Positions 19,747 through 30,061 are shown, counted from the stretch's first letter. The stretch is DNA of 64,000 nt from an uncultured Bacilli bacterium (GCA_947627925.1 CANQXW010000003.1:12-64011); one strand, 5' to 3'. Program-made: numbers and translations. The notes: a model not told the origin generated them from the sequence alone.

Positions 19747-21693
19747 TTGCGCTTTATTCGTTTTGTAGAAAAATTGGTTTTATTTGGCTTTTTAAGCTTT
19801 ATTATTTGCTATATTGGAATTAATATTTATGCTCTTATTACGCCTAAATTAAATATAACTAATAATGGTACTTATTACCTTTATGATAATCAAGATAATT
19901 TAGTCTATCAAGGTAGTAGTACATCTTCTTGGGTTAATATACAAGATATTGATAAAAAGTTAGTGGATGCTGTTTTAGCGGTAGAAGATAAAAAGTTTTA
20001 TGAACACCGCGGTTTTGACATTTTAAGAATTGGCAAAGCAATGATGACTAATATTGCGAGTGGTCATATTGTGCAAGGGGCATCCACGATAACGCAACAA
20101 TTAGTTAAAAACCTTTACCTAGACTTTAATCAAACTTGGAAGCGAAAAATTGAAGAAGCCTTTTTAACGATCATTGCAGAGATTCAATACGATAAAGATG
20201 AAATATTAGAGGCTTATTTAAACACGATTAATTATGGCAATGGTAATTACGGAGTTAGTAATGCTGCCAAGTATTATTTTAATAAAGATGTTAGCAATTT
20301 ATCTTTAGAAGAGGCCATTATGCTATCGGGTATTCCGAAAAGTCCGAATAAATTTAACCCTGTATCAAATAAAGATGAAGCCACTAAAAGAGCGGAAGTT
20401 GTGGCCAAGGTTTTATATAATAATGAATTAATTACCAAAGAAGAATATGAGAATTTAGATTTTGCTAATTTAGAAATATATGGCAAAAATAGTGAAAATA
20501 ATTTACAAATGCTTATGTACTATCAAGATGCCGTTTATAAAGAATTGGAAGATTTAGGAATTAGTAAAAGTATTTTAGAAACTGGGGGTCTTAAAATATA
20601 TACTAACTTGGATATGAATAAACAAGCTAGTTTAGAAAAAAATATTTTAAACAATATGGGAGATGAAAAAGAAGTTCAAGTAGCCAGTGTGATAGTTGAT
20701 CCGGAAACTGGCAAAATTGAAGCTTTAACTGGGGGATTAGATTATGGAACAAGTCAATATAACCGAGCAACAGATTCCAAAAGGCAAGTAGGTTCTACAA
20801 TGAAAGCGTTTCTTTATTATGGGGCATTAGAAAATAATTTAATATCTTCTTCGAAATTTAAAAGTGAATATACTACTTTTAATATTAATAATAAAGAAAC
20901 ATATTCGCCAACCAATTCGAATGATAAATATGCTAATAAAGATATTACGATGGCGGCCGCCATTGCTTTTTCGGATAATATTTATGCCGTTAAAACCAAC
21001 CTTTTCTTAGGAACTGATTTATTAGCCAATACCGCAAAGAAAACTGGTATAAAAGAAGAATTATTACCTGTACCATCTCTTGCTTTAGGAACTGGCGAGA
21101 TAAACATTATTGACTATGCAACTGGTTATAATACCTTTGCTAGTGGGGGTTATAAAAAAGATTTATATTTAATTAGAAAAATTGAAGATAAAGACGGAAA
21201 AGTAATTTATACCAAAGAAAATAAAAAAAGTTTAGTTCTAAATCCTAATTATGTTTACATTTTAAATGAACTTCTTTCAAATACTACTAGTTCAGCATTT
21301 CGAGATTATACATCAGCAACCGCTGTTACTATTGCGGGAAAGTTGTCGAGAAAATATGCCATAAAAACTGGAACAACTCCTACCGATTATTGGACTGTTG
21401 GCTATAATAAAGATGATTTAATGTTAGTATGGCTAGGATATGATAATAACCGCGAATTTACTAAAGGTTACAGTAATGTCGCCAAAAATATTTGGGCTGA
21501 CACAATGGAAGAAATTCAAATTGGACTCGAAAATAATTGGTATGAAACTCCAAATGATGTAGTCGGAATAATCCTAGATGCTGTTACTGGAGAGGTAACC
21601 AAAGACTCTAGTAGAGCCATAATGTATTATTATCTAAAAGGTAGTGAACCAAATATAAGTAAGGCTGAAGTAGTTAATAAAGAAGAAGAGTAA
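19747..21693 (+). CDS. class A penicillin-binding protein (glycosyltransferase + transpeptidase, PBP1A family)
   Basis: GT51 motifs EDKKFYEHRGFD and GASTITQQ, plus transpeptidase SxxK (GSTMK). N-terminal anchor. The start is TTG 19747 or GTG 19738. Confidence 0.85.
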   Translation: MRFIRFVEKLVLFGFLSFIICYIGINIYALITPKLNITNNGTYYLYDNQDNLVYQGSSTSSWVNIQDIDKKLVDAVLAVEDKKFYEHRGFDILRIGKAMMTNIASGHIVQGASTITQQLVKNLYLDFNQTWKRKIEEAFLTIIAEIQYDKDEILEAYLNTINYGNGNYGVSNAAKYYFNKDVSNLSLEEAIMLSGIPKSPNKFNPVSNKDEATKRAEVVAKVLYNNELITKEEYENLDFANLEIYGKNSENNLQMLMYYQDAVYKELEDLGISKSILETGGLKIYTNLDMNKQASLEKNILNNMGDEKEVQVASVIVDPETGKIEALTGGLDYGTSQYNRATDSKRQVGSTMKAFLYYGALENNLISSSKFKSEYTTFNINNKETYSPTNSNDKYANKDITMAAAIAFSDNIYAVKTNLFLGTDLLANTAKKTGIKEELLPVPSLALGTGEINIIDYATGYNTFASGGYKKDLYLIRKIEDKDGKVIYTKENKKSLVLNPNYVYILNELLSNTTSSAFRDYTSATAVTIAGKLSRKYAIKTGTTPTDYWTVGYNKDDLMLVWLGYDNNREFTKGYSNVAKNIWADTMEEIQIGLENNWYETPNDVVGIILDAVTGEVTKDSSRAIMYYYLKGSEPNISKAEVVNKEEE

Positions 21694-21758
21694 CATTTTA
21701 TTATTATTAATTATCCCCTTAGCAAAAATATTTTAATAATTTTATAATAATTCCAAAT

Positions 21759-21802
21759 AAAAGATGCTAGAAATAATTACTTATTTTCTAACATCTTTTT
21801 TT
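21759..21802. terminator. bidirectional rho-independent terminator between convergent genes
   Basis: Hairpin aagatgctagaaa / tttctaacatctt, flanked by an A-run on the left and a T-run on the right. Confidence 0.6.
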
Positions 21803-21820
21803 GATATAAAAGTCAAATGA

Positions 21821-24800
21821 TTAATTCAAAGCATTATTATTTATTTTATATATATATGCAAAATGTTTTAATGTTCCATCAGATTTTGAAGCAGGAGCAG
21901 TTGCGTTATAAATTATATAAATATTACCATCACCATCAATTGTAATATCCTCTAACTCTATGGATCTATTATTTACTATTTTTTCGCCATCTGGATAAGA
22001 AACAGTCGTTAATGGATCAGTCCCAGCCAATGTGTCTGCTGTAATTACGAATGCTTTACTATTTGCTGGATTTTTAGTATCAAACTTATATATTATTCCA
22101 GCATTATTACCAGTACTGCCACCATTATAAGTCCAATTAGAGTCATAACTAGTCCAATATGTAGCATATATAAATCTATCTCGATATTCTATTCCTTGAC
22201 GTATAAATTTAGAACTAGTTGTGTTATGAAAATTTAAAACAAAACTATCTAACGGATTATTAATCTCTACTACTTCTTTTTTACCATCAATATTTGGATC
22301 TAGGTAAGTATAAAAATTATCACCGGATTTTACAATTAATAAATTGTTTTGCGCATCATAAGAAATACCACTTGGAACAACTTTAGTACCTTTACTATTT
22401 TTAAAGATAATTCCGGATGCAATATTGGCAGATGATATCATCATATTACTTCCTGGGAATATATTCGAGCAACCAGTAGGTTGTTTCCCATTTAAACCTT
22501 CTAAAAAATCAAACCAATTATTAGGATCATAGTCAGGCGAATTATAATACCATTTAGCACCTGAAGCACTGTTTCCCCTACAATTTGGATATTGATTATT
22601 TTCATCATTAGTATCATTAGGAGGAGTAAGACCACCTGTAGCAATAAACTTTCGACCACCACTTCCATTTACACTTGGAGCAAAAGTAATATCATTACCA
22701 TGTCCTAAAATAAATGGCCCTGTATCTTTACCATATTGAGAATAAGTATTTTTTCCCCCTTCTTGTTTTATTTCTATCCGTTTTAAAATTATGTTTTTCA
22801 TGTTATCGTAAAATTTATCGCCACGTATTAATACCCAAAAATATTTTTCGCCACTAACTAGTTTATTTACAGCAAATCCTCCAACTATAATAGGGCAAAA
22901 ACTATCGACATCATTTGTAGGTTTACCTGGATCACAATCACCATCTTTATTTATATAAGTTCTAAACCTATAAGCGTATGTAATATCTTTGCTTGTTAAA
23001 TTAACAACAGTGGGATAATCGGAAAACGTTTTATCTAGAGTATCAAATAAGCCTACAGTTACTACAACAGGTTTAGATGTTAAATTAGTTCCATCATTAG
23101 TTTTTGCCGTTATTTTAGCAATTCCTGGTTTGTTTCCTGTAACTGTAACTTTTTTACCTGATGAAGTAACTGATGCTATTTGAGAATTATCTGACTCCCA
23201 AATTATATTTTCGCCTGAAATAGTATCTGGTGATATTGTAGCTGTTAATTCTCCACTTCCATCAACTGCAAGTCTTAATGATTCTTTATCAATATTTATT
23301 GCAACATCTAATTTAGTAACCCGAACATTACAAGTAGCACTGTAAACACGATTACCATTATGTGTATCAGTAAGACTTGCCCTTATTACGGTACTTCCTT
23401 CTCCTACCACCGTTATTGTTCCATTCTCTACTTTCGCTATATTATCTGCATCACTACTCCATACTATATTTTGATCGGTGGCATTTCCAGGATCTATTAT
23501 CGCTCCGATTGTTTCGCTTGTCTTTACTGCTGTATCTAGTTCTACATCGGTTTTTGTTAATGTTAAACCATTTACCAGTACATATACTTTAACGTCACAT
23601 TCGCCATATGCTCCTGATCCATCTTTCGCTGTCGCTCTTATTGTTGCTTCTCCTGGTCCTATTACTGTGACTAATCCACTTCTCTCATCTACACTTACGG
23701 CACTTCCACTTACTACGCTCCATGTTACTTCTTTGTTTGATGCTTCTTTTGGACTTACTTCTGCTGTTAAGGTCTCACTTGTCTTCGTCGTTGTATTTAA
23801 CTCTAACAATTTCTTATTTATCGTTACTTGTTTTCCTTGTGTTGTTACTTCTACTTCACTTGTATCTGTATATGTTTTATTATTATGAATATCCGTTATT
23901 GTGGCTGTTATTGTCGCATGTCCTTTTCCTACCGCTCTTATTTTCCCATTACTATCAACTTTCGCTACATCGGTATTATTACTTTCCCATTTTACTTCAC
24001 TTACGGCGATTGTTGCATCACTTGGCGTTTTGGTTACCACTAACGTTTCACTTTCTAAATTAACGTTGTTATTTACTAATTTAACACTCTTTTTATCTAT
24101 ACTTATTCCAGTTAAAGCTATATATCCTTCTACTTCTATTTCTCTTTTTGTTCCATCACTTGCTGTTACTTCTATTGTTGTCTTTCCTTCTCCTACTCCT
24201 CGTATCTCTCCTGTGTCATCTACTTCGGCTACGGTTGGATCATTACTCTTCCAACTTAATATACTAATATTATCTTTATTTGTTGATGCTTCTACTTTTT
24301 CACTCTCGCCTCTTGCTATGATTACTTTATCTTTCGATAATTCTATCTTAGTTGCTACTTCCTTACTCTTTGGTAACAATATCTCTTCATTTAAGATGAT
24401 ATTTTTTGCTAATAATTTTGCATCGTCTATATCTATTTTTTCATTATAATCTATATCCCCGGCTTCTTCTTCGGCGGCACTTCTTTCATACTTACTTACC
24501 ATTTTGACAATGTCCGTGATTGTTCCTCTGCCATCGCCACTTAAATCGCCATATACTACTACCTTATATTCAGTTGCACTTTCTCCTTCAATTTCTGCTT
24601 TTAATGCACAATTGGTTCCTACATATTCCGTCCCATTTTCACATTCTAAGGTTAACATATCTCCGGTAGTCGCAAAGGCTTTTTGAAACTCTGTTTTTGA
24701 TGTCTTTAATTTTACTGGTTTTATCAAATCATCTTCGATATAATATTCTTCATTATTAACATATATATCTGCTTTTTTACTCTTATAAGCATAACTCACA

Positions 24801-24874
24801 CTAAAAGTTACCCCTACTACTAGTACCAGTGCTATTGCTGTTATTCCTATTTTTATCTTTTTTCCCATTCTCAT
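21821..24874 (-). CDS. large surface protein: N-terminal anchor, dockerin-like module, multiple Big_2 Ig-like repeats, unknown about 400-aa C-terminal domain
   Basis: Two EF-hand-like dockerin segments (GDLSGDGRGTITDIVKMV and GDIDYNEKIDIDDAKLLAKNI). At least five Big_2-type repeats (W.SN/SD..VA.VD..G.I..VG.G..TI.AT). The C-terminal domain is rich in G/N/Y/W and unrecognised. Confidence 0.7.
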   Translation of the reverse strand: MRMGKKIKIGITAIALVLVVGVTFSVSYAYKSKKADIYVNNEEYYIEDDLIKPVKLKTSKTEFQKAFATTGDMLTLECENGTEYVGTNCALKAEIEGESATEYKVVVYGDLSGDGRGTITDIVKMVSKYERSAAEEEAGDIDYNEKIDIDDAKLLAKNIILNEEILLPKSKEVATKIELSKDKVIIARGESEKVEASTNKDNISILSWKSNDPTVAEVDDTGEIRGVGEGKTTIEVTASDGTKREIEVEGYIALTGISIDKKSVKLVNNNVNLESETLVVTKTPSDATIAVSEVKWESNNTDVAKVDSNGKIRAVGKGHATITATITDIHNNKTYTDTSEVEVTTQGKQVTINKKLLELNTTTKTSETLTAEVSPKEASNKEVTWSVVSGSAVSVDERSGLVTVIGPGEATIRATAKDGSGAYGECDVKVYVLVNGLTLTKTDVELDTAVKTSETIGAIIDPGNATDQNIVWSSDADNIAKVENGTITVVGEGSTVIRASLTDTHNGNRVYSATCNVRVTKLDVAINIDKESLRLAVDGSGELTATISPDTISGENIIWESDNSQIASVTSSGKKVTVTGNKPGIAKITAKTNDGTNLTSKPVVVTVGLFDTLDKTFSDYPTVVNLTSKDITYAYRFRTYINKDGDCDPGKPTNDVDSFCPIIVGGFAVNKLVSGEKYFWVLIRGDKFYDNMKNIILKRIEIKQEGGKNTYSQYGKDTGPFILGHGNDITFAPSVNGSGGRKFIATGGLTPPNDTNDENNQYPNCRGNSASGAKWYYNSPDYDPNNWFDFLEGLNGKQPTGCSNIFPGSNMMISSANIASGIIFKNSKGTKVVPSGISYDAQNNLLIVKSGDNFYTYLDPNIDGKKEVVEINNPLDSFVLNFHNTTSSKFIRQGIEYRDRFIYATYWTSYDSNWTYNGGSTGNNAGIIYKFDTKNPANSKAFVITADTLAGTDPLTTVSYPDGEKIVNNRSIELEDITIDGDGNIYIIYNATAPASKSDGTLKHFAYIYKINNNALN

Positions 24875-24875
24875 A

Positions 24876-25718
24876 CTACAATTGTTTCCTTTTTTTCTTT
24901 TTATATTCTATAGTAAATACTATTATCAAACATACTAAAAAGGGTATCATCAATGTTATTACCATACCTGTTTGTGGATTGTAATTTAACGCTGTATCTC
25001 CTTTTACTGCTTCTTGTCTTACTATATTTATACTGAATTTTACTAATGCCATTTCTTCATTTCGGATTTCTAGTTCTATTTTATTATTTTCATCTACTAC
25101 TAAATCTTTTATTGTTTTTGGCTCTTTTCCTGATGTGAAACTATATTTATCACTGGTTAACTCCGCAGTTATATTAGCATCTTTTTCTTCATTTTCTAAT
25201 CTTATTGTATAATTTGTTACGCCATCTTTTAACTCTATATTATGATTATTTACTTTTAAACTTTTTAATACTTCATTTATTGATAAAATTTTTATCTCTT
25301 GTTCTTGATCGGCACTTTCGATATCTTTTTCACCATTGGTTAACTCAACATCTTTTATCTTTATCTTATATGTTTTTCCGGGTTCTGCTTTATTGGAAAC
25401 TATATATTTAATTCTCTCTACAGTCTCTTCTTTTGTAATTCCCTCTAGTTTAACTCCAGAAAATCCTTCGCTATTATTTATTATTTCCGTTATATCTGTT
25501 CCTACTACTCCTTCGGTATACGTTAATACTGAATCATATTCTAGTTTCCCTAATATCCCGGTTATTTTCTCTTCACTATTTACTTTTATATCACAGGTTA
25601 CTGTATTCCCAATCATTGCTTCTTTACTACAACTCATATTGGCTGTACTTGCCGCTTTTACTATTGTTATGGGATTTAATATTACACTCATTACTAACAC
25701 AGTCCACATTCTTTTCAT
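24876..25718 (-). CDS. cohesin-like domain protein with cadherin-like beta-sandwich domain and C-terminal membrane anchor
   Basis: Signal peptide and a cohesin-like beta-sandwich pattern (VTCDIKVNSEEKITGILGKLEYDSVLTY...). The LKSLKVNNHNIELKDGVTNYTI segment resembles the cadherin-like domain. C-terminal TM helix plus KKKKRKQL. The stop overlaps the start region of the dockerin gene. Confidence 0.5.
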   Translation of the reverse strand: MKRMWTVLVMSVILNPITIVKAASTANMSCSKEAMIGNTVTCDIKVNSEEKITGILGKLEYDSVLTYTEGVVGTDITEIINNSEGFSGVKLEGITKEETVERIKYIVSNKAEPGKTYKIKIKDVELTNGEKDIESADQEQEIKILSINEVLKSLKVNNHNIELKDGVTNYTIRLENEEKDANITAELTSDKYSFTSGKEPKTIKDLVVDENNKIELEIRNEEMALVKFSINIVRQEAVKGDTALNYNPQTGMVITLMIPFLVCLIIVFTIEYKKKKRKQL

Positions 25719-25815
25719 TATGTTTACCTTCCTTATTTTCCTTATTCTATTATATATTATATCATCCCCAAAATCAATGTTGTTACTTTTGCTTTTTATA
25801 AATTTAAAAAAGCTA

Positions 25816-26124
25816 TCATTTAAGAATAGCTTTCAAATCTAAATTATAAATTATTAAATTTTCTTTTTTAATATAAGTATTATTATCTTTTACTTCATAT
25901 TTTAAATTTTTTAAAGGAATCTTTCCTATAACATAATACTCTGGTGGCATATAAAGTCCTCTAGTATTAAGGGCTGTTCCCTCATTATAGTTATCAAAGA
26001 ATAAAATATTTTTATTTGTAATTAACATACATTTAGTTATGACGGTTTCATCTTTTTCCAATGCTACACTTGTGTTTTCATATATTACTTTCTCTTCATT
26101 TCCTTCAAAATCATAATTATACAT
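25816..26124 (-). CDS. hypothetical protein
   Basis: 102-aa ORF with SD TAGGAGG, followed by a terminator hairpin at about 25800-25835. Confidence 0.5.
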   Translation of the reverse strand: MYNYDFEGNEEKVIYENTSVALEKDETVITKCMLITNKNILFFDNYNEGTALNTRGLYMPPEYYVIGKIPLKNLKYEVKDNNTYIKKENLIIYNLDLKAILK

Positions 26125-26133
26125 AAGAACCTC

Positions 26134-26532
26134 CTATAAAGTATCTTGTCTTATCTCCAATGAAGTCTTATTTGAAAGTTTAACACTTTTTAAAGTCATA
26201 TTTTCAAAAATAGATGGTACAGTATCTTCAATGGCAGGGCCACTATAATCGAAAGTAAATTCATAAAACGCATCTTCAATTATCTCATCTTCAATTAAAT
26301 CTCTAGCCACTTTAACCACATGTAATGTATCTCTTCTAGCATCTCTTATAGTTAAATTAACATAATCGGCATCATCACTTGCATCAAGGCTAATGATATT
26401 ATATGTTCTAACAAAATCAACATAATTCTTTTTTGCTCCCTTACTTTTAGCAGCAATAAATATTCCTAAAATTACAGCCAATAAAATAATAATTGCACTT
26501 ACCATTAAAATAATTTTTGTTTTCTTTTCCAT
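26134..26532 (-). CDS. hypothetical membrane-anchored protein
   Basis: 132 aa with one N-terminal TM helix. SD AGAGAGGG. Confidence 0.5.
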   Translation of the reverse strand: MEKKTKIILMVSAIIILLAVILGIFIAAKSKGAKKNYVDFVRTYNIISLDASDDADYVNLTIRDARRDTLHVVKVARDLIEDEIIEDAFYEFTFDYSGPAIEDTVPSIFENMTLKSVKLSNKTSLEIRQDTL

Positions 26533-26579
26533 TTTTCCCTCTCTTTTAACATATCATAATTTTTCTTATTTTGATAGTT

Positions 26580-27380
26580 TTATTTACCAAAATGCAGATT
26601 GTTGACAATTTCAATGAATACTTCTTCGTCTATTTCTTCAGCCCGAACATTTTCATCAAGTCCGTATTTTTCTAACACTTCTTTAATCTTTAAAAAATCA
26701 TAATCCTTTAAATTGTTTTTTAAAGTTTTTCTCTTCATTCTAAAACTATCATTAATTATTTTAAAATAATTTTCCTTATTAACAACTGGTAATTTATCCC
26801 TTTTAGTCATCTTAATTATGGCACTTTCCACTTTCGGAATAGGATTAAAGCAATTTTTACTTACTTTAAATAATTTTTCGACATTAAAGTAATATTTTAA
26901 AAATAAAGTCATACTTCCATATTCTTTATTTTTAGGTAAGGCAATAAACCGATCGGCCACTTCATCTTGAACCATAAAAATCATTTCTTTAATATTTAAT
27001 TTTAAATTAATTAAATGCTTAATAATTGGTGTAGTTATATAATATGGCAAATTCCCAACAATATATAAATTTTCATACGGAATATCTTTAACATCTTCTT
27101 CTATATTACTAGTTAATATATCTTGCCAAATAATTTTAGTTTTACTGTCCTCTAAAGGCAATAAAAATTCTTGTAAATCTAAGTCTACTTCATAACATAT
27201 TAAAAAAGAATTTTTTAATTTTAACTTTTTTGTTAAGGCCCCTTGTCCTGGACCTATTTCAATAATTAAATCCTGATAGTCGGCTTTAATACTATCACTA
27301 ATTTTATTAATGATATTCTGATCAATCAAAAAATTTTGACCTAAACTTTTTTTAGCTTTCACTAGTCGTACCATAACCAA
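26580..27380 (-). CDS. rsmA: 16S rRNA (adenine1518/1519-N6)-dimethyltransferase
   Basis: KKSLGQNFL, EIGPGQGALT and VGNLPYYITT motifs of KsgA/RsmA. Confidence 0.9.
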   Translation of the reverse strand: MVMVRLVKAKKSLGQNFLIDQNIINKISDSIKADYQDLIIEIGPGQGALTKKLKLKNSFLICYEVDLDLQEFLLPLEDSKTKIIWQDILTSNIEEDVKDIPYENLYIVGNLPYYITTPIIKHLINLKLNIKEMIFMVQDEVADRFIALPKNKEYGSMTLFLKYYFNVEKLFKVSKNCFNPIPKVESAIIKMTKRDKLPVVNKENYFKIINDSFRMKRKTLKNNLKDYDFLKIKEVLEKYGLDENVRAEEIDEEVFIEIVNNLHFGK

Positions 27381-27897
27381 ATCTTAAAACATCGTAAGTT
27401 ATAACACTTCTTTCGACAATGTCATAAGCATATCGAACATCACTACTTAAAAGATCTAGAGCATTCCCTCTTACACCTCGGTCAAGAACAATCGCAATAA
27501 TTGGTTCTGGAGAAATTCGATTAGTTTGGAATCTTACTATGGAACCACATGGTAAATTTTTAGATGATGCGACAATTCTAACCATTCCATAGGTTTCATC
27601 AGGATATGTTGTTTTACCATCAGTAATATCATAAGAAGGCTTACATCCTAAAGTTCCTCCACATAAAGGACAATTATAAACATAACCGGTTAAATCACCC
27701 GTAAATGTATCTTTCGCTCTATATATATCATTTTCTTGAAATTCTTGTGCTTTTAAAGCCATCGTCGATAAATTAACCGTTTTATTAATATTATCACTAT
27801 ATGACTTGGTTTCCACCATATTAACATAACTAGAAGAAGCCACAACAAAAAGAATTATAAAGGCACTACGAAATATAAAATTAAATGCTCTTTTCAT
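27352..27897 (-). CDS. 3D-domain (MltA/RlpA-like double-psi beta-barrel) secreted protein, YabE-like position
   Basis: Signal peptide. The C-terminal GMVRIVASSKNLPCGSIVRF...IAIVLDRGVRGNALDL resembles a 3D domain. It lies upstream of ksgA, as yabE does in Bacillus. Confidence 0.55.
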   Translation of the reverse strand: MKRAFNFIFRSAFIILFVVASSSYVNMVETKSYSDNINKTVNLSTMALKAQEFQENDIYRAKDTFTGDLTGYVYNCPLCGGTLGCKPSYDITDGKTTYPDETYGMVRIVASSKNLPCGSIVRFQTNRISPEPIIAIVLDRGVRGNALDLLSSDVRYAYDIVERSVITYDVLRFGYGTTSES

Positions 27898-27944
27898 TAT
27901 TCACCTTCTAACATATTAATTATACTCAATTTTCCTTATAATGT

Positions 27945-27985
27945 CAAAAAAAGATAACAAGCGTTACCAAGTTATCTTAAGTTCA
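27945..27985 (-). terminator. rho-independent terminator
   Basis: Minus strand aagataac-loop-gttatctt followed by TTTTTTT, downstream of 28000..29196. Confidence 0.6.
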
Positions 27986-27999
27986 ACTCTTTTGTTAAA

Positions 28000-29196
28000 T
28001 TAATTCATTTTTAATAATTCTCTACTAGCAATATAATATTTATACACCTCTATATTTTTGCCACCACTACTTAAATAAGCATCAATATTTTTATAATAAT
28101 TGCCATTGTCTTCAATACTATCATCTTCAAATGAATAATATAAATTTTCAATGTCATTAGGAAGTAAAATATAAATATTATTATCTTTTATTTTAAAACT
28201 AACATAATCACTAATATTTTCCCAATTCCAATCGATATCTTCAAAAGGCGAAGGAATATCAATACTTATTTTGACTAAATCATTTCCTTTTAAATTTTTA
28301 AAATAAATCTTTTGAGCATCTTCAACAACTAAAACATCATTATAAACAGTTATAATTTGATCATAACCAATATCCAACACTTTTTTATTTTCTTCTATAC
28401 TATATAAATACCATTTATCATTTTCTTTGATTTTAACATAATTTGGATTAAATTCATTTTTACCATAATATATTAATCTTAAATAATCAAAATTAGCCTC
28501 GATTAATTTAATACCACTATCAAGCTTTAAAAGGCCGTATTTATTATTTTCTTTATAAACCATTAAATTATATTTAATCGAATACATATAGCCATCTAAA
28601 CCTTGATTACCAGCAAGAGAAATATCTGTAAGTTCTCCTCTTATACTATAAAGTTGTCGGCCATATAAAGTCATTAAACTAGTGGTACTTCCATCTTTAG
28701 CAACAAAGTATTTTTCATCATTGTCTTGAATTATTTCAATAAAGTCATAACTACCAAAAGAACCTCTATTAAAATCAAAGATAATATTTTTTTCATCTGA
28801 AGATAAGACCACTCTTCCAACATCTAAGTCTTCATAATTAAAATGAACGTAAGAGGCTATTTCACAATTTTCCCCACATGGAGTAGAATTTAAATATTCA
28901 TATCTTTCATTGTCAGTATTATATTTATAAGCTACAAAATAACCTTTAATAAATTCATAAGCATAAGGATGATCATATGTCTTATCTAAATAATCTTTAG
29001 CTCCTTCCGGTTTAGGATTAATCGTAAAACGATCAGGAATACTACTATTCTCATCATCATAATGAACATCTATTTCTGGTTTAGAAGTATCACGATTAGC
29101 ATAACTACATATAGAAACTCCTATGCCTATACCAAGGCCAATAAAAAGTAAAACCAAAAATATATTAAAAAGTGTTCTTTTTACACTAGTATCCAT
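28000..29196 (-). CDS. membrane-anchored protein with WG-like repeats
   Basis: N-terminal TM helix. Repeated motifs of the type NNKYGLLKLDSGIKLIEANFDYL and NDKWYLYS. ATG at 29196 follows AGGTGG. Confidence 0.45.
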   Translation of the reverse strand: MDTSVKRTLFNIFLVLLFIGLGIGIGVSICSYANRDTSKPEIDVHYDDENSSIPDRFTINPKPEGAKDYLDKTYDHPYAYEFIKGYFVAYKYNTDNERYEYLNSTPCGENCEIASYVHFNYEDLDVGRVVLSSDEKNIIFDFNRGSFGSYDFIEIIQDNDEKYFVAKDGSTTSLMTLYGRQLYSIRGELTDISLAGNQGLDGYMYSIKYNLMVYKENNKYGLLKLDSGIKLIEANFDYLRLIYYGKNEFNPNYVKIKENDKWYLYSIEENKKVLDIGYDQIITVYNDVLVVEDAQKIYFKNLKGNDLVKISIDIPSPFEDIDWNWENISDYVSFKIKDNNIYILLPNDIENLYYSFEDDSIEDNGNYYKNIDAYLSSGGKNIEVYKYYIASRELLKMN

Positions 29197-29280
29197 TTTC
29201 AACCACCTAAATCTAATTTAAATATACCACACAAATTATTAACTAAGCCATCTTTTTTAATCTAAAATTTACATAAAATG

Positions 29281-29313
29281 TAAAAATGTTGAAAACATCT
29301 TAATTTTCAACAT
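29281..29313 (-). terminator. terminator hairpin overlapping the tatD stop codon
   Basis: Minus strand atgttgaaaa-8nt-ttttcaacat followed by TTTTTA. Confidence 0.45.
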
Positions 29314-30061
29314 TTATTTTAAATAAATTATCAATATTTTGATTAGTAATTTTAGCTAAATCATCTAGATTAATATTTTTTAAATCCGCCACAAATTTGG
29401 CAATATCTAAAATATGAGCGGGACTATTTTTCTTGCCCCTAAAAGGTTCAGGCGTAAGATATGGAGAATCGGTTTCTAATATGATTTTATCTAAAGGAAT
29501 TTCTTTAATAACTTCTTTAATATTAGCATTTTTAAAAGTAATAACTCCATTTACACCAAGTAAATAACCCATTTTTAAATATTCACGAGCACTTTCTAAA
29601 GAACCACTAAAAGAATGAATTACCCCTTTAACATTATATTTTTTTAACACTGTTAAGGTATCTAAAGTAGCTTCTCTACTATGAATAACTACCGGCATAT
29701 TATATTTTTCGGCCATTTGTAATTGCAGTTCTAAAAGTTTTATTTGCTCATCCTTATTTTCTTTAGAGTAATGATAATCTAAACCAATTTCGCCAATCGC
29801 AATAATCTTTGGATTACTTAAATTATCTTCAATAAATTTTAAATCATCTAGAGTATAATCATCGACATTTTCGGGATGGATTCCTAAAGTTCCATACATA
29901 TTATCATAATTATTCACAAGTTTTAAAACTTCTTCATTACTTTTTTGACTGCAACCATCATTTATATACCGATTTACTTTATTAAGGATACTTTCTTTAA
30001 TAACTTCATCAATATCATCATAATATTCTTGATATAAATGACAATGACTATCGGTAAACAT
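29300..30061 (-). CDS. tatD: TatD-family metal-dependent DNase/hydrolase
   Basis: FTDSHCHL, IGEIGLDYH, VVIHSR, ETDSPYL motifs. Confidence 0.9.
   Translation of the reverse strand: MFTDSHCHLYQEYYDDIDEVIKESILNKVNRYINDGCSQKSNEEVLKLVNNYDNMYGTLGIHPENVDDYTLDDLKFIEDNLSNPKIIAIGEIGLDYHYSKENKDEQIKLLELQLQMAEKYNMPVVIHSREATLDTLTVLKKYNVKGVIHSFSGSLESAREYLKMGYLLGVNGVITFKNANIKEVIKEIPLDKIILETDSPYLTPEPFRGKKNSPAHILDIAKFVADLKNINLDDLAKITNQNIDNLFKINVEN

Noticed and set aside
23377-24686. Cluster of plus-strand ORFs (60-182 aa) antisense to the 1017-aa Big_2 gene
   Set aside because: All are Leu/Ser/Phe-rich low-complexity mirror translations of a Thr/Val/Glu/Lys-rich sense gene. None has an SD or promoter. The minus-strand ORF has clear domain content.
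29287-29312. Inverted pair of TGTTGAAAA/TTTTCAACA (DnaA-box-like) at the tatD stop
   Set aside because: It is most simply the two arms of the tatD terminator hairpin followed by a T-run. This 9-mer is AT-rich enough to occur by chance.
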